Assembly: GCF_004010195.1 (NCBI RefSeq)
Contig: NC_057749.1
Coordinates: 22,200,738 to 22,264,737, forward strand
Reading direction: 5' to 3'
Length of the DNA: 64,000 nt
From: Chiloscyllium plagiosum
Taxonomy: Eukaryota
How positions within the stretch are numbered: position 1 is the first letter of the stretch; each line of letters begins with the position of its first letter. This document shows, one piece after another, positions 13,411 through 25,985 of the stretch. The position numbers and the translations under genes are program-made. The notes below the pieces were generated by a model, which ran no database searches, was not told the DNA's origin, and worked only from the letters and a program-made list of their open reading frames with translations.

Positions 13411-16400
13411 TTAGGAATTGAGCGCCAGATTTAGACAGTAGATTTGGATCGGCTCAGGCTTGGAGGGCCGAAGGGCCTGTTCCTAGGCTGTAAATTGTTT
13501 TTGTTCTTGGTTCTTTGTTCATAGAGTCTTAGAATCACAGTGTCACAGTGCCCTGGTGCCATAGAGTCATAGCATCATAGTTTCATAGAGTCATAGTGTC
13601 ATATTGTCATTTCATAGTGTTTTAGAGCCATAGAGTCAAATTGTCATAGTGTCATAAAATCATTGTCATAAAGTCACAGTGTCATAGAGTCATATTATCA
13701 TAGAAGCATATTGTCATAGTGTCACAGAGTTGTAGTGTCATAGTGGTTTTAGTGTTATCGAGTCATAGACTCAGGAGTATAGGGTCATAGTGCCATGGAG
13801 TCACAATGTCATAGTGACATAAAGTCATAGATGCAAAGTGTCATAATGTCATAGAATCAGAGTGACATAGACTTACAGTGTCACAAAGCCATAGAATCAC
13901 AGAGTCACTGTGTCATAGAATCACAGAGCCATAGAATCATAGAGTCACAGTATCATACAGTCAGTGTCATAGAGCCACACAGTCATGGTGTCATAGTGAC
14001 ATACAGTCAGTGTCATACAGTCATAGCATCATAGTTTCACAGAGTCATAGATCCATAGCATCATAGGGTTATAATTTCATAGCCATGGAGTCCCATTGTC
14101 ATAGTATCATGGAGCTATTGAGTCATGGTGTCATAGTGTCATACAGTCATAGCATCACAGTCATAAGAGTCACAGAGCCATAGTGTCATTGAGTCATAGC
14201 GCCATATTGTCATAGTTTCATATTGTCACAGAGTCATACTGTCATTTTCATAGTGTCTGGTGTCATAGAATCTTAGTGTCATAAAATCATTGTCATAAAG
14301 TCACAGCGTCATAGAGTCATACTGTCATAGTGCCATAGAATCACAGTATCATAGTGTTAATTATGTCATAGTGTCATAGAGTGATAGTGTCAAAGTGTCA
14401 TCATGTCATGGAGTGACTGTGTTATAGTGGTCACAGTGGTCATTCAGTCCTACAGTCACAGAGCCATAGTGCCAGAGTGCCATAGAGTTATGGGTTCATA
14501 GTGTCAGAGTGGTCATAGTGGTCATAGCATCACAGAGTCATAGTGTCACTCTGAGTCATAGTGCTATACAGTCACTGTGTCACAGTGTCAAACAGTCATA
14601 GTGTCATAGAGCTATAGTGTGTCATAGTTTCATACAGCCATGGTGTCATATTGTCACAGAGCCATACTGTCTAAGAGTTATAGAGTCAATTTCATAGTGT
14701 CATAGAGCTATTGTGTCATGAAATAAGTGCCATAGTGTCATTGAGTCATAGAATCACAGTGTCATAGTGCCAAAGAGTCACAGAGCCATAGTGTCATAGT
14801 GTTTGTAGTGTCATCAAATCATAGAGTCAAGAGTCATAGTGTCATAGTGCCATGAAGTCACAGTGTCATAGTGACACAGAGTCATAGATGCAAAATGTCA
14901 TAATGTCGTAGAGGTCATAGTGTCATAGCACCATAGAGTCATAGTGTCATAGAGTCACAATGTCATACAGTCACAGTGTCATAGTATCATAAAGCCACAC
15001 TGTCACGGTGCCATAGTGCCATACAGTAATAGAGTCATAATGTCATAGTTTCATAGATTCATAGAGTCACAGTGTCATAGTGCCATGGAGTCACAGAGTA
15101 ACAGTGTCATAGTATCATACTGTGATAGAGTCATAGAGCCATAGTGTCATATTGTCATAGTTTCATAGAGTCATATTGTCACAGAGTCATACTGTAATTT
15201 TCATAGTGTCATAGAGTCAAATTGTCATAGTGTCATAGAGCCATAGTGTCATAAAATCATTGTCATAAAGTCACAGTGTCCTAGAGTCATACTGTCATAA
15301 TGCCAAAGAGTCACAGAGTCGTAGTATCATTGTGATTGCAGTGTCATCAAGTCATAGAGTCAAGAGTCATAGTGTCATAGTGCCATGGAGTCCTAGTATA
15401 ATAGTGGTCATAGTGCCATGAAGTCACAGTCTCATTGAGTCAGAGTGACAGTGTCATAGTGTCACTGAGTCAAAGAGTCACAGTGTCATAGTTGTATAGT
15501 GTAACAGTCTCATAGAGTCATAGTATCATAGTGCCATAGGGTCATGGAGTCTTAGTGTCATAGTGGTAGTAGCATCATTGTGTCTCTATGACACAGTATC
15601 GGAGTCATAGAGTCATAGTATCACAGAGTCATCGGGTCAAAGTGTCAGAAAGTCACATTCATAAAGTTGTAGTTTCATAGTGTCACAGTGTAATAGTGAT
15701 AGAGTCATAGAGACATAGTGTCTCTGTGTCAAAGAATCAGGATCATAGTGTCACAGTGTCATAATGTTGTAGTGTCACAGTGTCATAGCGTCATAGAATC
15801 AAAGTGTCAAAAAGAGTCACAGTCATAAATTTGTAGTGTCATAGAGTTGCAGGGTCATACGTTAATAGTGTCATAAGGTAATAGAGTCATGGTGTCATAG
15901 CATCATAGTGTCATAGTGTCTCATTGTGATAAAACCGTGGAGTCATAGTGCCGTGGTGGGCATAGTGTCATCATATCACAACATCATAGATTCATAGAGT
16001 CACAATGGTAAAGTGTCACAGTGTCATAGAGACACCATGTCATAGTGTGAAGGAGCATCGCTCTGAAAGCTAATGCTTTCAAATAAATCAGTTGGACTAT
16101 AACCTCGTGTTGTGTGATTTTAACTTAATAGTGTCATCATGTAATAAAGTCATAAAGTCACAGTGTCAGAGCGCCATATGGTCATAGAGTCATCATATCA
16201 TTGTGTCAGAGAGTCACAGCGTCATGGAGTCAGAGTGGCATAGTGTTGTAGTTTCACTGAGTTACAGACTCATAATATCATATGGTCATAGAGTCAAAGA
16301 GTCAGTGTCACAGTGTCATCATGTAATACTGTCACAGTATTAAGGTAATAAGGTCACAGTGTCATTGTGTTATATCTTCATAGAGTGATCGTTTTCTAGT

Positions 16401-17393
16401 GTCATAGAGTCAGAGTCACAGAATCATAGAGTGAACGTGTCATAGGGTCAGAGTGTCACAGTATCATCGAGTCATAGAGTCAGTGTCATAATGTCACAAA
16501 TCATTGACCCATAGAGTCACAGAGTCAGTGTCATAGAGTCAAAGTACCAGAACGTCTTATACATGAAGTCACAGAGTCAGGGTCATAGCTTCATTATATC
16601 ATATTGTCATAGAGCCATGGATTCACAGTGTCATATTGTCATGAAGTCATAGTCAGAGTTATTATGTCATAGAGTCACAGTGTCATAGTCACCAAGTCAT
16701 AGAGTCACAGTAAGATAGACTCACAATATCATGGAGTTATAGAGTCATAGTATCATAGGGCCATAGAGTCAGTGTCACAGATTCATAGAGTCACAGTGTC
16801 ATAGTGTCAGAGAGTCACAATGTTAGTGCTGTAGTGTCATAGTGTCTGAAAGTCATAGTGTCACTATGTCATAGTGTCATACAGTCAGAGTCATTATCAT
16901 AGTGTCATAGAGTCATAGTGTATTACAGACATAGAATCATAGCGTCATAAGAGCATAGTATCAGTGTCACAGTGTCATACAGTCAAATTGCCATAGTTTC
17001 ATAAACCATAGTGTCATACTGTCATGAGGTCATAAGTCATGCTGTCATAGTGTCACAGTTTCATAGACTCTAGAGTCATGCTGTCATGGTGTTATAGATT
17101 CAGAGTCATAAAGTGATAGGGCGATAGAGTCATATTGTCATAAAAGTATAGAGTTATTGTGTTACAGACCCATAGGGTCATAGTGTCATAACGCCATTGT
17201 ATAATAGAGACTCCATGTCATAGAGTCATAGGGTCATAGCATCATAATCATAAAGTCATAGTCTCATATTGTCAAAGTCACAGTGATGTAGATTCATAGA
17301 GTTGTACAGTCATAGTCATAGAGTCATATTGTCATTGTGGCACAGTGTCACAGAGTCATAGTGTTATAAACTCATACAGTCATAGTGTCATAG

Positions 17394-20300
17394 TACCTGA
17401 CTCAACTTTCCCTCAATTTGATGGGGACCATTAAACCTGGCTTTGAAGGGATCTCCTATCACTGGTAACAATATAAATACATCATCTCCATGGGAAAATG
17501 TCTTAATGTCAGAGTTTTTATCTGCTGCCACCTGCTTCATTCTATGCTGTTTAGCTAATTCATTGAGCTGATTTAAATCTCTTCCTCACCTCCGATTCAT
17601 AATTCAAGTGTGAGATCTCCAGTCTGGTCAATTTCTCTTTAATTAATCTCAAAGGGCCTCTCACTTCTTGTCCGGATATTAACTCAAAGGGAGTGAACTG
17701 AGTAGATTTGTTTAGGGCATCTCCAATGGCAAACAACACGAACAGCATAGCATCACCCCAGTCATTTAGGTAATCCTGACAGTACGCTCTCAACATGGTC
17801 CTCAAGGTCTGATGTCATCTTTCTAAAGCTCCCTGGGATTCAGGATGATACGCACCGGATTTAAAGTGCTGTATACCTAAGCTATCCATGACCTCCGTAA
17901 ACAGCCTAGCAGTAAAATTTGACCCTTGGTCTATCTGAATCTCTCTGGGTAGCCCATACTGTGTGAAGAAAGTTACTAACTCCTCTCCCACCCTTTGTGC
18001 CTTGATACTCCGTAATGGAATTGCCTCCGGAAATCCGGTGGACACATCCATTATGGTTAATAAGTACTGGCTCCCAGGGACCTACACAATCAATGATACC
18101 CCTCATGAAAGGTTCTTCAAATGTGGGACTTGGTCACAAAGGGGCTGGCTTTATTACCGCCTGTGGCTTACCTACCATTAGGCATGTTTGACACGTTCGT
18201 CTAAAGTTAATCACATCCTTGTGCATTCTAGGCCAATAAAAATGCTTTTGTACCTTAGCCTGAGTCTTCAATACCCCTAGGTGACCTCCTATAGGTAGTT
18301 CATATGCTACTGGTAACAATTCCTGTCTGTACACTACCGGCAACACAATCTGGTGCACTTCGGCCTGTTTCTCCTCTGCACTAACCTGCCGTGGTCTTCA
18401 TTATCATCTTAGGATTCTATCTTTAAAATAATAACCCTCAGTCACATTCCCTGCCTCATTCTCTGAGCATGCATTAACATATAGTTCTTTTATTGTCTCG
18501 TCTTTCTGTTGCAAGTCCCTTAGCCTTTCAGGACTAAACACTTCGGCCTGACCCTCTGCCTGTTCAGGGTTTTCCTGCACCATAATGTTAAGCAGGTTTT
18601 CTGCTAACTGAACCTCAACTCCTTCATCTTTACTTTTTGTTTCATGTTGTGACTTATGATAGTGGGATCTAGTTACTACACAGTCTGGCAAAATACCAGG
18701 ATATTTCTGTTTTAACTCACCAGTTTCTTGGTCTTCCTTGGGTTTCTCCACAACAAGAGAGACTGTGCGAAATCGTTCCCAAGAACAAATTGCATTCCTA
18801 GGATGGACACACTTTTTTTTTTCAAACTCAAGTTGGCACTCCAATCTGATCTTACATAGGGGAATGCTAAATTTCNNNNNNNNNNNNNNNNNNNNNNNNN
18901 NNNNNNNNNNNNNNNNNNNNNNNNNNNNNNNNNNNNNNNNNNNNNNNNNNNNNNNNNNNNNNNNNNNNNNNNNNNNNNNNNNNNNNNNNNNNNNNTCTTG
19001 GGGTCTCCTTTACTACCTTCACTAATGCCACTCACTTAGCCTCTTTTACCACATCTTTTCCCACAGTGCCTTTCTTTAATGACCAGCACTGTGACTTTAC
19101 GTGTCCCACTTTACCACAGTGGAAACATCGGAGGCCTTTCACCTCCTTTCCACCCTCTCGGGGCTTCTTTTTTAACCTGTGGTAAACAATTACCAGTGCT
19201 CTCTACTCTTTGTTTCATAGTGTAGGATTTCCCCTTCTCCCTATGTCTTTCCCTCACAGGATAAAATTCTTGCCGGAAGCTGAACTTTGCCTTTTGCACC
19301 AATGTATATTCATTCAGCCATCTCTGCTGCTCTTCTCACTTCTTGAACTTTTTGTTCATCCACGCGAATTTTTACCAACTCTGGAAGTGAGTTTTTAAAC
19401 TCCTCCAGCAGAATAATCTCTCAGAGCCTCATAGGTCTTATCTATTTTTAAAGCACACACCCATCTATCAAAATGACTGTGTTTAATTCTTTCGAACTCA
19501 ACACAAGTCTGACTCGGTTCCTTCTTTATGTCTCTGAACCACTATCAAAACGCTTTTGGTGCCAATTCATAAACAGTTAAAATAGCCTGCTTGACCTCTG
19601 TATAAACTCTTGACCCCTCATCTGACAGTGCTGCAGACACCCCACTAGCTCTGCCTACCAGTTTAGTCTGAATTAGCATTACCCATAAATCCTCGGACCA
19701 CTCCATCTGCCTAGCCAATTTTTTAAATGAGATAAAGAAAACTTTGACATCTTTCTCATCAAAATGTGGCAATGTTTTCTCTTCATCTCCATCCAGTTAA
19801 CTTGACTTTCCTGACTAAGTTGCAACTTTTAAAGTTCAAACTCTCTCTCCATTTCTCTTTCTTTTCTCTCACCCATTCTTTTCGCTCTCTCTTTGCTCAG
19901 CTAAAGGACCCTCTCTTTCTCTTTTATCTCTTTCTCTTTTTCTCTCCCCTTTTTTCCCCTCTCTCTCTCTCACTTTGTTTATCTTCCAACTCCATTTTCC
20001 TCAATTGTAATTTAAGTTTTTCTAACTCTACTGCACTTGTCTGTTTCTCTGACACACTTAAGTGTTTAATTAATTCCCTTACAATGCCATCTTTACTTTT
20101 GTCCTTGGTTAAATGCAATTCTAACTTCTTTGCTAATTCTAAAAGTATGATTTTTTCTTTCGAAACTTTCTTGGCAAACCCCAGAACCAAATTAAACTAA
20201 ATACACAGAAAAGCTCACCTCGCCTCGTAATCTGTTAAAGTATGAGTGACAGAGAACTACCCAAAATCCACTATTTAAAAAAAAACTATTTTATTCTTTA

Positions 20301-20865
20301 ACTCCAGAATGCATGTTAAACAACAAATATTTACAACTCTAAGCCTCCTTTCTGTTAAAGATTTGTTCTCCACCTCCCACTCTATGACAATACACTGATC
20401 CAATAAAACTCCTATTAAATTTACAGCAAATCAATTTCCAAAAGCAGACAGTGGCTGCCGTCCTCTTCCATTTGTAGTTCTCCCTGAGTTCACTCCAGTC
20501 TCCTGCTGCAAAGATATTTCATATGAGAAAAGGTACCCTTTAGAGAGAGGGTTTGTGGGCAGTCTGTCAATGGTAGGAGGTGTTCTTTCTCTGGCTAACT
20601 GTCCGAAATGCCAGCTTTTTATACCCCAACCATTGGATCATCTCATTGGTTCAATGTTGTCAAAACAGTAAAATTTAAATTCAATTGGGTTTTAGTATCT
20701 TGGGGTTTAATTGAAACTGATTGGTTAAATTCAAACTGCTATGAAAACAACTCAGTATCCAAGTTACAACCCAAATGTTATGTCTTCAAATTATCCATTA
20801 CACTGTGTGACATCAGCTTTCACTCTCTCTTAAAAGGTACAGTATATGTCTAAATCTTCATAACA
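17394..20865 (-). mobile_element. Truncated, decayed Ty3/Gypsy LTR retrotransposon of Gmr1-like type: partial 5' LTR, gag, protease remnant, integrase
   Basis: LTR starts TGTTATGAAG at 20865. Gag pieces (MPHFDEKDVKVFFISFKKLARQMEW) and CCHC knuckle RCFHCGKVGHVKSQCW at ~19083-19135. Integrase zinc finger GHLG..FYWPRM..CQTC, core DQGSNF..YHPESQGALER and GPY/F-like KARFNGPHQI at ~17415-17445. Many stops and frameshifts. Confidence 0.9.
18876..18995. other. Assembly gap
   Basis: Run of N. Confidence 1.
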
Positions 20866-21374
20866 GTGTCATATTGCTATTGTTTCATAGAGTTACATTA
20901 TCATAGAGTCGTATTGTCATAATGTTATAGTGTCATAGAGCTATAGCGTCACTTTGTCATTGTGTCAAAGTGTCATAGATTCACAGAGTCACAGAGTCAT
21001 AAAGCCATAGGTTCATAGTAAAGTCATATTGTCATAATGTCATACAGTCAGTGATTTTTCTGCAGAATTATATTTGCAGATACATTCTATTTCGCTCAAA
21101 AAAATGCACAATCTGCGGGCAGTCAATCCATGTAATATTTTATAAATTCCACTTTGGAAATTGAACCAGTCTGACTCAAGATGGAGATTCAGACAGAATC
21201 TAAACACACAACTTCAATGCATTGTCTGAGCTGAGATGTCACCTTTTTTTATAAAGTCTTAAGTTATCTTAAGAACATGACTTAAATGAAATTCTGGGAT
21301 TTACATATTAATGAACCGAAACCTGCAACCCATTCTAAGTGATTAAAGACTTAACAATCTAGGCTTGTTCAACA

Positions 21375-21548
21375 CAGAGGAACTTCGATTATCTGGCATT
21401 TGATTGTCCAAATTTCAGATTATCCAGCCAGATCACAAGGCCCCGATGCTTGGCTAAGCTATGTTATCCGGCATTCAATTATCCGGAATTCAATTAACCG
21501 AGCAAAATATTTCCCGTCTGTGTCCTTCGGATAATTGATGTTCCTCTT
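21375..21548. mobile_element. Tigger/pogo-like MITE
   Basis: Terminal inverted repeats cagaggaacttcgattatc / gataattgatgttcctct; TA on the right flank. Confidence 0.75.
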
Positions 21549-21617
21549 TATATCATTTCAGTTGCATGACAGTGTAATCCTTTGCTATAAATTCTGTATC
21601 TTATGGTCCTGCTCCAC

Positions 21618-21659
21618 AAGTTACCTGATGAAGGAGCAGTGCTCCGAAAGCTAGTGCTT
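21618..21659 (+). ncRNA. Minimal type I hammerhead-ribozyme-like motif (PLE-associated)
   Basis: aagttac-CTGATGA-a-GGAGC-agt-GCTCC-GAA-AGCT-A-gtgctt: conserved core, 5-bp stem II, palindromic AGCT in place of stem III, and a pairable stem I. Activity untested. Confidence 0.65.
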
Positions 21660-23324
21660 CCAATTAAACCTGTTGGATTATAAACTGGTGTTGTGTGATT
21701 TTTAAACTTTATCCAGTCCAACACCAGCACCTCCACATCAAAGAGTATTAGTGTCATACTACATAGATCCATTTTTTGATCACGCAGCATTGCACTTTGT
21801 CGAGAAGGGCACTGCTTGTCACTGGCCATTCGGGCGTTTCCTTTCTTCCTGGTGGTGGAATACGAACAAGTGTTGTTGTTCACTTTGTCCAATACTTGCA
21901 CACAGACTACATGGGTGCTGGGCAAAAATAAACACTGCCGCAGTTAGGTGGCAGTGCGGGGGATAAGAGAACAAAAAAAGAGTAAATAAATAAAACCAGG
22001 AGATCCTCAGTTTAGGGCACTGACTCTGTTCTGGCTGGGCCACAGTCAGAAGGAAAAAAAGTAGAAACAGATCCTTCGGCCCAACTTATCCACACAGACC
22101 AGATTTCCGAAACTGAACTAGTCCTGACACTATCTGCACTCTGTTTCCTGTTATTTGACCAATATACAAACCAGCTCATCACAGGTCTTCAATTTTATGA
22201 GCTTCAACATCAGTGAACAGTCTTCATTGAGGCTGTTCACCAAGGCCATTTGGAAGTCCATATAAATAAGACCTGCAGACTATCCCCCATCCACCATGGT
22301 CATCACTTCAAAGAATTCGATCCAATTCTTTCAGTATGATTGTCCTTTTACTAATCCATTCTGTTTATCACTGATCAGCTGAAAGTGTTCAAGATGCTCA
22401 CTCAGCCAATTCTTAACGTAAGACTTGGTGAATTTTCCAACGACAGATAGGTGCAGAGGAATTATGAGAAGAAGCCCTTCAACTCTGGGCGCCATACTAA
22501 ATTACCCATAGTGTTAGGTAAGGGGTAAATGTAGGGGTATGGGGTGGGTTTCGCTTCGGCGGGTCGGTGTGGACTTGTTGGGCCGAAGGGCCTGTTTCCA
22601 CACTGTAATCTAATCTAATCTAATCTAAAATCTAACTCTGCCCCACTAAAACAACTAGAACATAGCAGCCACCTCAAAACCATTTCCCAGTCTGACCCTT
22701 CTGAACTATTAACTCCTTTGTTATTCAAAAGTCTTCACAAATCTCCTTTGAATTAATTCAATGACCAACTTCCACTATTCTCTGGGAAAGAGAATTCCAC
22801 AGGTGAAAATGTATCTCCCAATCTTCATCAGCAAACCGAGGCCTCTTATACTTCAACTGGGCCCCGAGTTTTGGTCTTCCTCACAAGAGGAAATATCCTG
22901 CCAGTATTTACCTTCCATTTTTCACTAGGATCTTACATGTGTTAATAACATTACCTTTCATTATTTTGAGTGCCAATCTGCTCAACGTTTCCTAATATTA
23001 TAGGTCCTCCATCACAGGAGTGAGTGGAGTGAATCTGCTCAGATCACCTTCGAATACAATTATATTTTTTCTCAAATAAGAGAAGACAGAAATGTTACGT
23101 CGCTCTCCAGATGTGGTCTCAGCAATGCCCCATACAGTTGTAGTGAAATATCCACATTTTCATATTCCACTAAACCCCATCCTTCAGGTAATTTCTTCCA
23201 ATTTATTCACAGGATGGAGGCATCTATCTCTGATCCATAATTGCCCTTCAGAAAGTGGTGGACAGCTGCCTTCTTTAACTGCTGCATTCTTTGGGAATGT
23301 TAGACCCACAATGCTATTCGAATC

Positions 23325-23635
23325 AGAGTCCCTAGAGTGCGGAAAGAAGCTATTGGACCCATTGAGTCTGCATCGACCCTTCGAAGGCCTTCCCACCCTA
23401 TCCCCATAGCACCACATTTACCACGGTTAATCCACCTAACCCGCACAGCCCTGGACACTACAAGATTATTTCCCATGGCCAATCCACCCTAACCTGCGCA
23501 TCTTTGGACTGTGGGAGGAAAACGGAGCACCCAGAGGAAACCCACGCAGACACGGGGAGACTCCACACAGATGGTGGAATCGAACCTGAGTCCCTACCGC
23601 TGTAAGGCAGCAGTGCTAACCCCTGAACTGCCCAT
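23325..23635 (-). mobile_element. HE1-type V-SINE
   Basis: Homologous to the full copy at 31520-31830. Confidence 0.8.
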
Positions 23636-23854
23636 TATGGAGTGACATCCAGGATTTTGACTCAGTGACACTGTATGAACAGCGATATATTTCCAAGTTA
23701 GGATGGTGTGGAGGGGCATGCAGGACTCTTCAGGAGGATCTGCTGCCCTTGTCCTAGGTGGTAGAAGGCATGGGCCTCGACAGTCAATGGGCCAAGTGGG
23801 CTCCTTCTACACCATATGAAACCTGTGGCTCTGCAAACTCAACACCCACCAGCA

Positions 23855-24380
23855 CATAGAACATAGAACATAGAAGAATACAGCGCAGTACAGGCCCTTT
23901 GGCCCTCAATGTTGCGCTGATCCAAGCCCACCTAACCTACACTAGCCCACTATCCTCCATATGCCTATCCAATGCCCGCTTAAATGCCCATAATGAGGGA
24001 GAGTCCACCACTGCTACTGCAGGGCATTCCATGAACTCACGACACGCTGAGTAAAGAACCTACCCCTAACATCTGTCCTATACCTACCCCCCTCTTAATT
24101 TAAAGCTATGCCCCCTCTTAATAGCTGACTTGGAAAAAGATTCTCACTGTCGACCCTATCTAAACCCCTAATCATCTTGTACACCTCTATCAAGTCACCC
24201 CTAAACCTTCTTTTCTCCAATGAAAACAACCCCAAGTGCCTCAGCCTTTCCTCATACGATCTTCCTACCATACCAGGCAACATCCTGGTAAACCTCCTCT
24301 GCACCCGTTCCAGTGCCTCCACATCCTTCCTATAGTATGGCGACCAAAACTGCACACAATACTCCAGATGCGGCCGCACA
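23855..24380 (-). mobile_element. CR1 LINE 3' fragment with (CTATGTT)n tail
   Basis: ORF 24095-24388 [33 protein letters not shown]. Confidence 0.9.
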
Positions 24381-24774
24381 CTGAGCAATGCATCAACTCC
24401 AAAAGATCAGGGCTAAGAGGACACTGACAAAACATCAGCTGCCATCAGCAGAACCTTTAATTCACTGTGAGCAGTAGCTTCTCCACTGTTCGGTCGTTCA
24501 GCTTTGACACGAAAGAAAATATACTTTTTACTTTCAGCTAAACCTGATGCTTCAGTGCCCTCGTGAGGAATTATAATGAAGTGCACGCAATCTCTCAAAT
24601 GTTATAATTTCAAGGGTCTGCAGACTGCGATTTGCTCACCCATTATAATTCCCATCAACATTAATACTGGCAAACCAACCTCCAACACAGCATTAGAGAT
24701 GCAAGACACACTGAGTGGATATAATTAAACTTTGCTGCTGTGTTTAAGCACATTAACAAAATAAGGTTGAGAGA

Positions 24775-24902
24775 AGAAGGGCTCATTCCTGAAGAAGGGC
24801 TCATGCCCGAAACGTCGATTCTCCTGCTCCTTGGATGCTGCCTGACCTGCTGCGCTTTTCCAGCTCTGATCTCCAGCATCTGCAGTCCTCACTTTCTCCT
24901 CA
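24775..24902 (+). mobile_element. PLE-derived mini-insertion with hammerhead-like core and 12-bp TSD
   Basis: aaggttgagaga at 24763-24774 and 24903-24914; CTGAAGA-aGGGC-tcat-GCCC-GAAACGTC at 24789-24816. Confidence 0.8.
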
Positions 24903-24944
24903 AAGGTTGAGAGATGCCAAGGAATGTCCAAAATAAAGACTGGG

Positions 24945-25985
24945 ATGGAGAAACTGCAGTTGGGTCAAAGGCCAGGAGCTGGGGCAAAGGCTGGGAAATG
25001 GGTCAGCTCTGATCTCCAGCATCTGCAGTCCTCACTTTCTCCTCAAGGAATGTCCAAAATAAAGACTGGGATGGAGAAACTGCAGTTGGGTCAAAGGCCA
25101 GGAGCTGGGGCAAAGGCTGGGAAATGGGTCAAAGGTCGGGAAATGGTGCCAAAGACAAGGAATTGAGACACTGTCTGTGAGTGGGGCACAGGTTACAAGG
25201 AGGGGCACAGAGTCTGAGAGGACAGGCAAAGCTCAGCATCAGCATTGAAGGTCAAGAGTCAGGCTAAAGGCTTAGGACTGGGTTAAAGGATTGGAACTGG
25301 GGCTCAAGCTGGGAGTGGGAGTAGAGGTTGGTGGAGAGATCATAGGACGAGCAGGAGGCAAAGGCTGGTGCACTGCCAACAGGTGTTAAGCAGTGCAGCC
25401 GAGCAGACCAGATTCCTCTTATGATTGGAAAGCAGCTGTGTCGGTCACTTGGCAGTGGGCAAGAGTGAGGAATGCAGATGCTGGAGATCAGAGTCAAAAT
25501 GTGTGGTGCTGGAAAAGCACAGCAGGTCAGGCAGCATCCGAGGAGCAGGAAAATCAACGTTTTGGGCAGGAGCCCTTCATTAGGAAAGTGGGATGGGTTG
25601 GGAGGTGAAGGGAGCTAAGAGATCAATAGGAGGGTGGGGGTGGGGCTGGAGGGAAGGTAGCGGAGAAGGTGATAGGTAGATGCAGGTGGGGCGTGATAGT
25701 GATAGGTCGGAGCGGAGTGTGGAGCGGATAAGTGGGAAGGAAGAAAGGACAGTTCAAGAGGCCTGTGCCCCACTCATACTCTATGTCTCAATTCCCGGTC
25801 TTTGACCCCACCCCTGGCCTTCGAACCTACTCCCAGCCTTTGACCCAGCTCTCAACCTTTGATCTAGCTCCCAGCCTTTGACCTATTGCCTGGTCTTTGC
25901 CCCAGCTCCTGACCTTTGACCCCTTTCCTGGCCTTTGCCCCATGCCCTTGCCTTTGACCCAGTTCCCATCCTTTGATTCAACTTC
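24945..25985. repeat. 19-bp minisatellite (GGGTCAAAGGCTGGGAGCT-like) in two inverted blocks, ~24945-25192 (+) and ~25762-25985 (-)
   Basis: At least 7 consecutive 19-nt units at 25836-25975. Both blocks end in ggaattgagaca..gagtggggcacagg. Confidence 0.8.

Larger units (their letters stand above)
12765..21052. repeat. Degenerate 8-bp satellite (GTCATAGT/GTCATAGA/GTCACAGT); segments ~12765-12895, ~13518-17394 and ~20866-21052
   Basis: Clear 8-nt periodicity over about 4.2 kb, interrupted by PLE fragments (12896-13410, 16045-16125) and the Gypsy element. Confidence 0.95.
21052..21740 (+). mobile_element. PLE 3' fragment (third subfamily) carrying a MITE and an intact hammerhead-like core
   Basis: 3' end matches the 3260-3385 repeat; core at 21625-21653. 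Confidence 0.65.
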
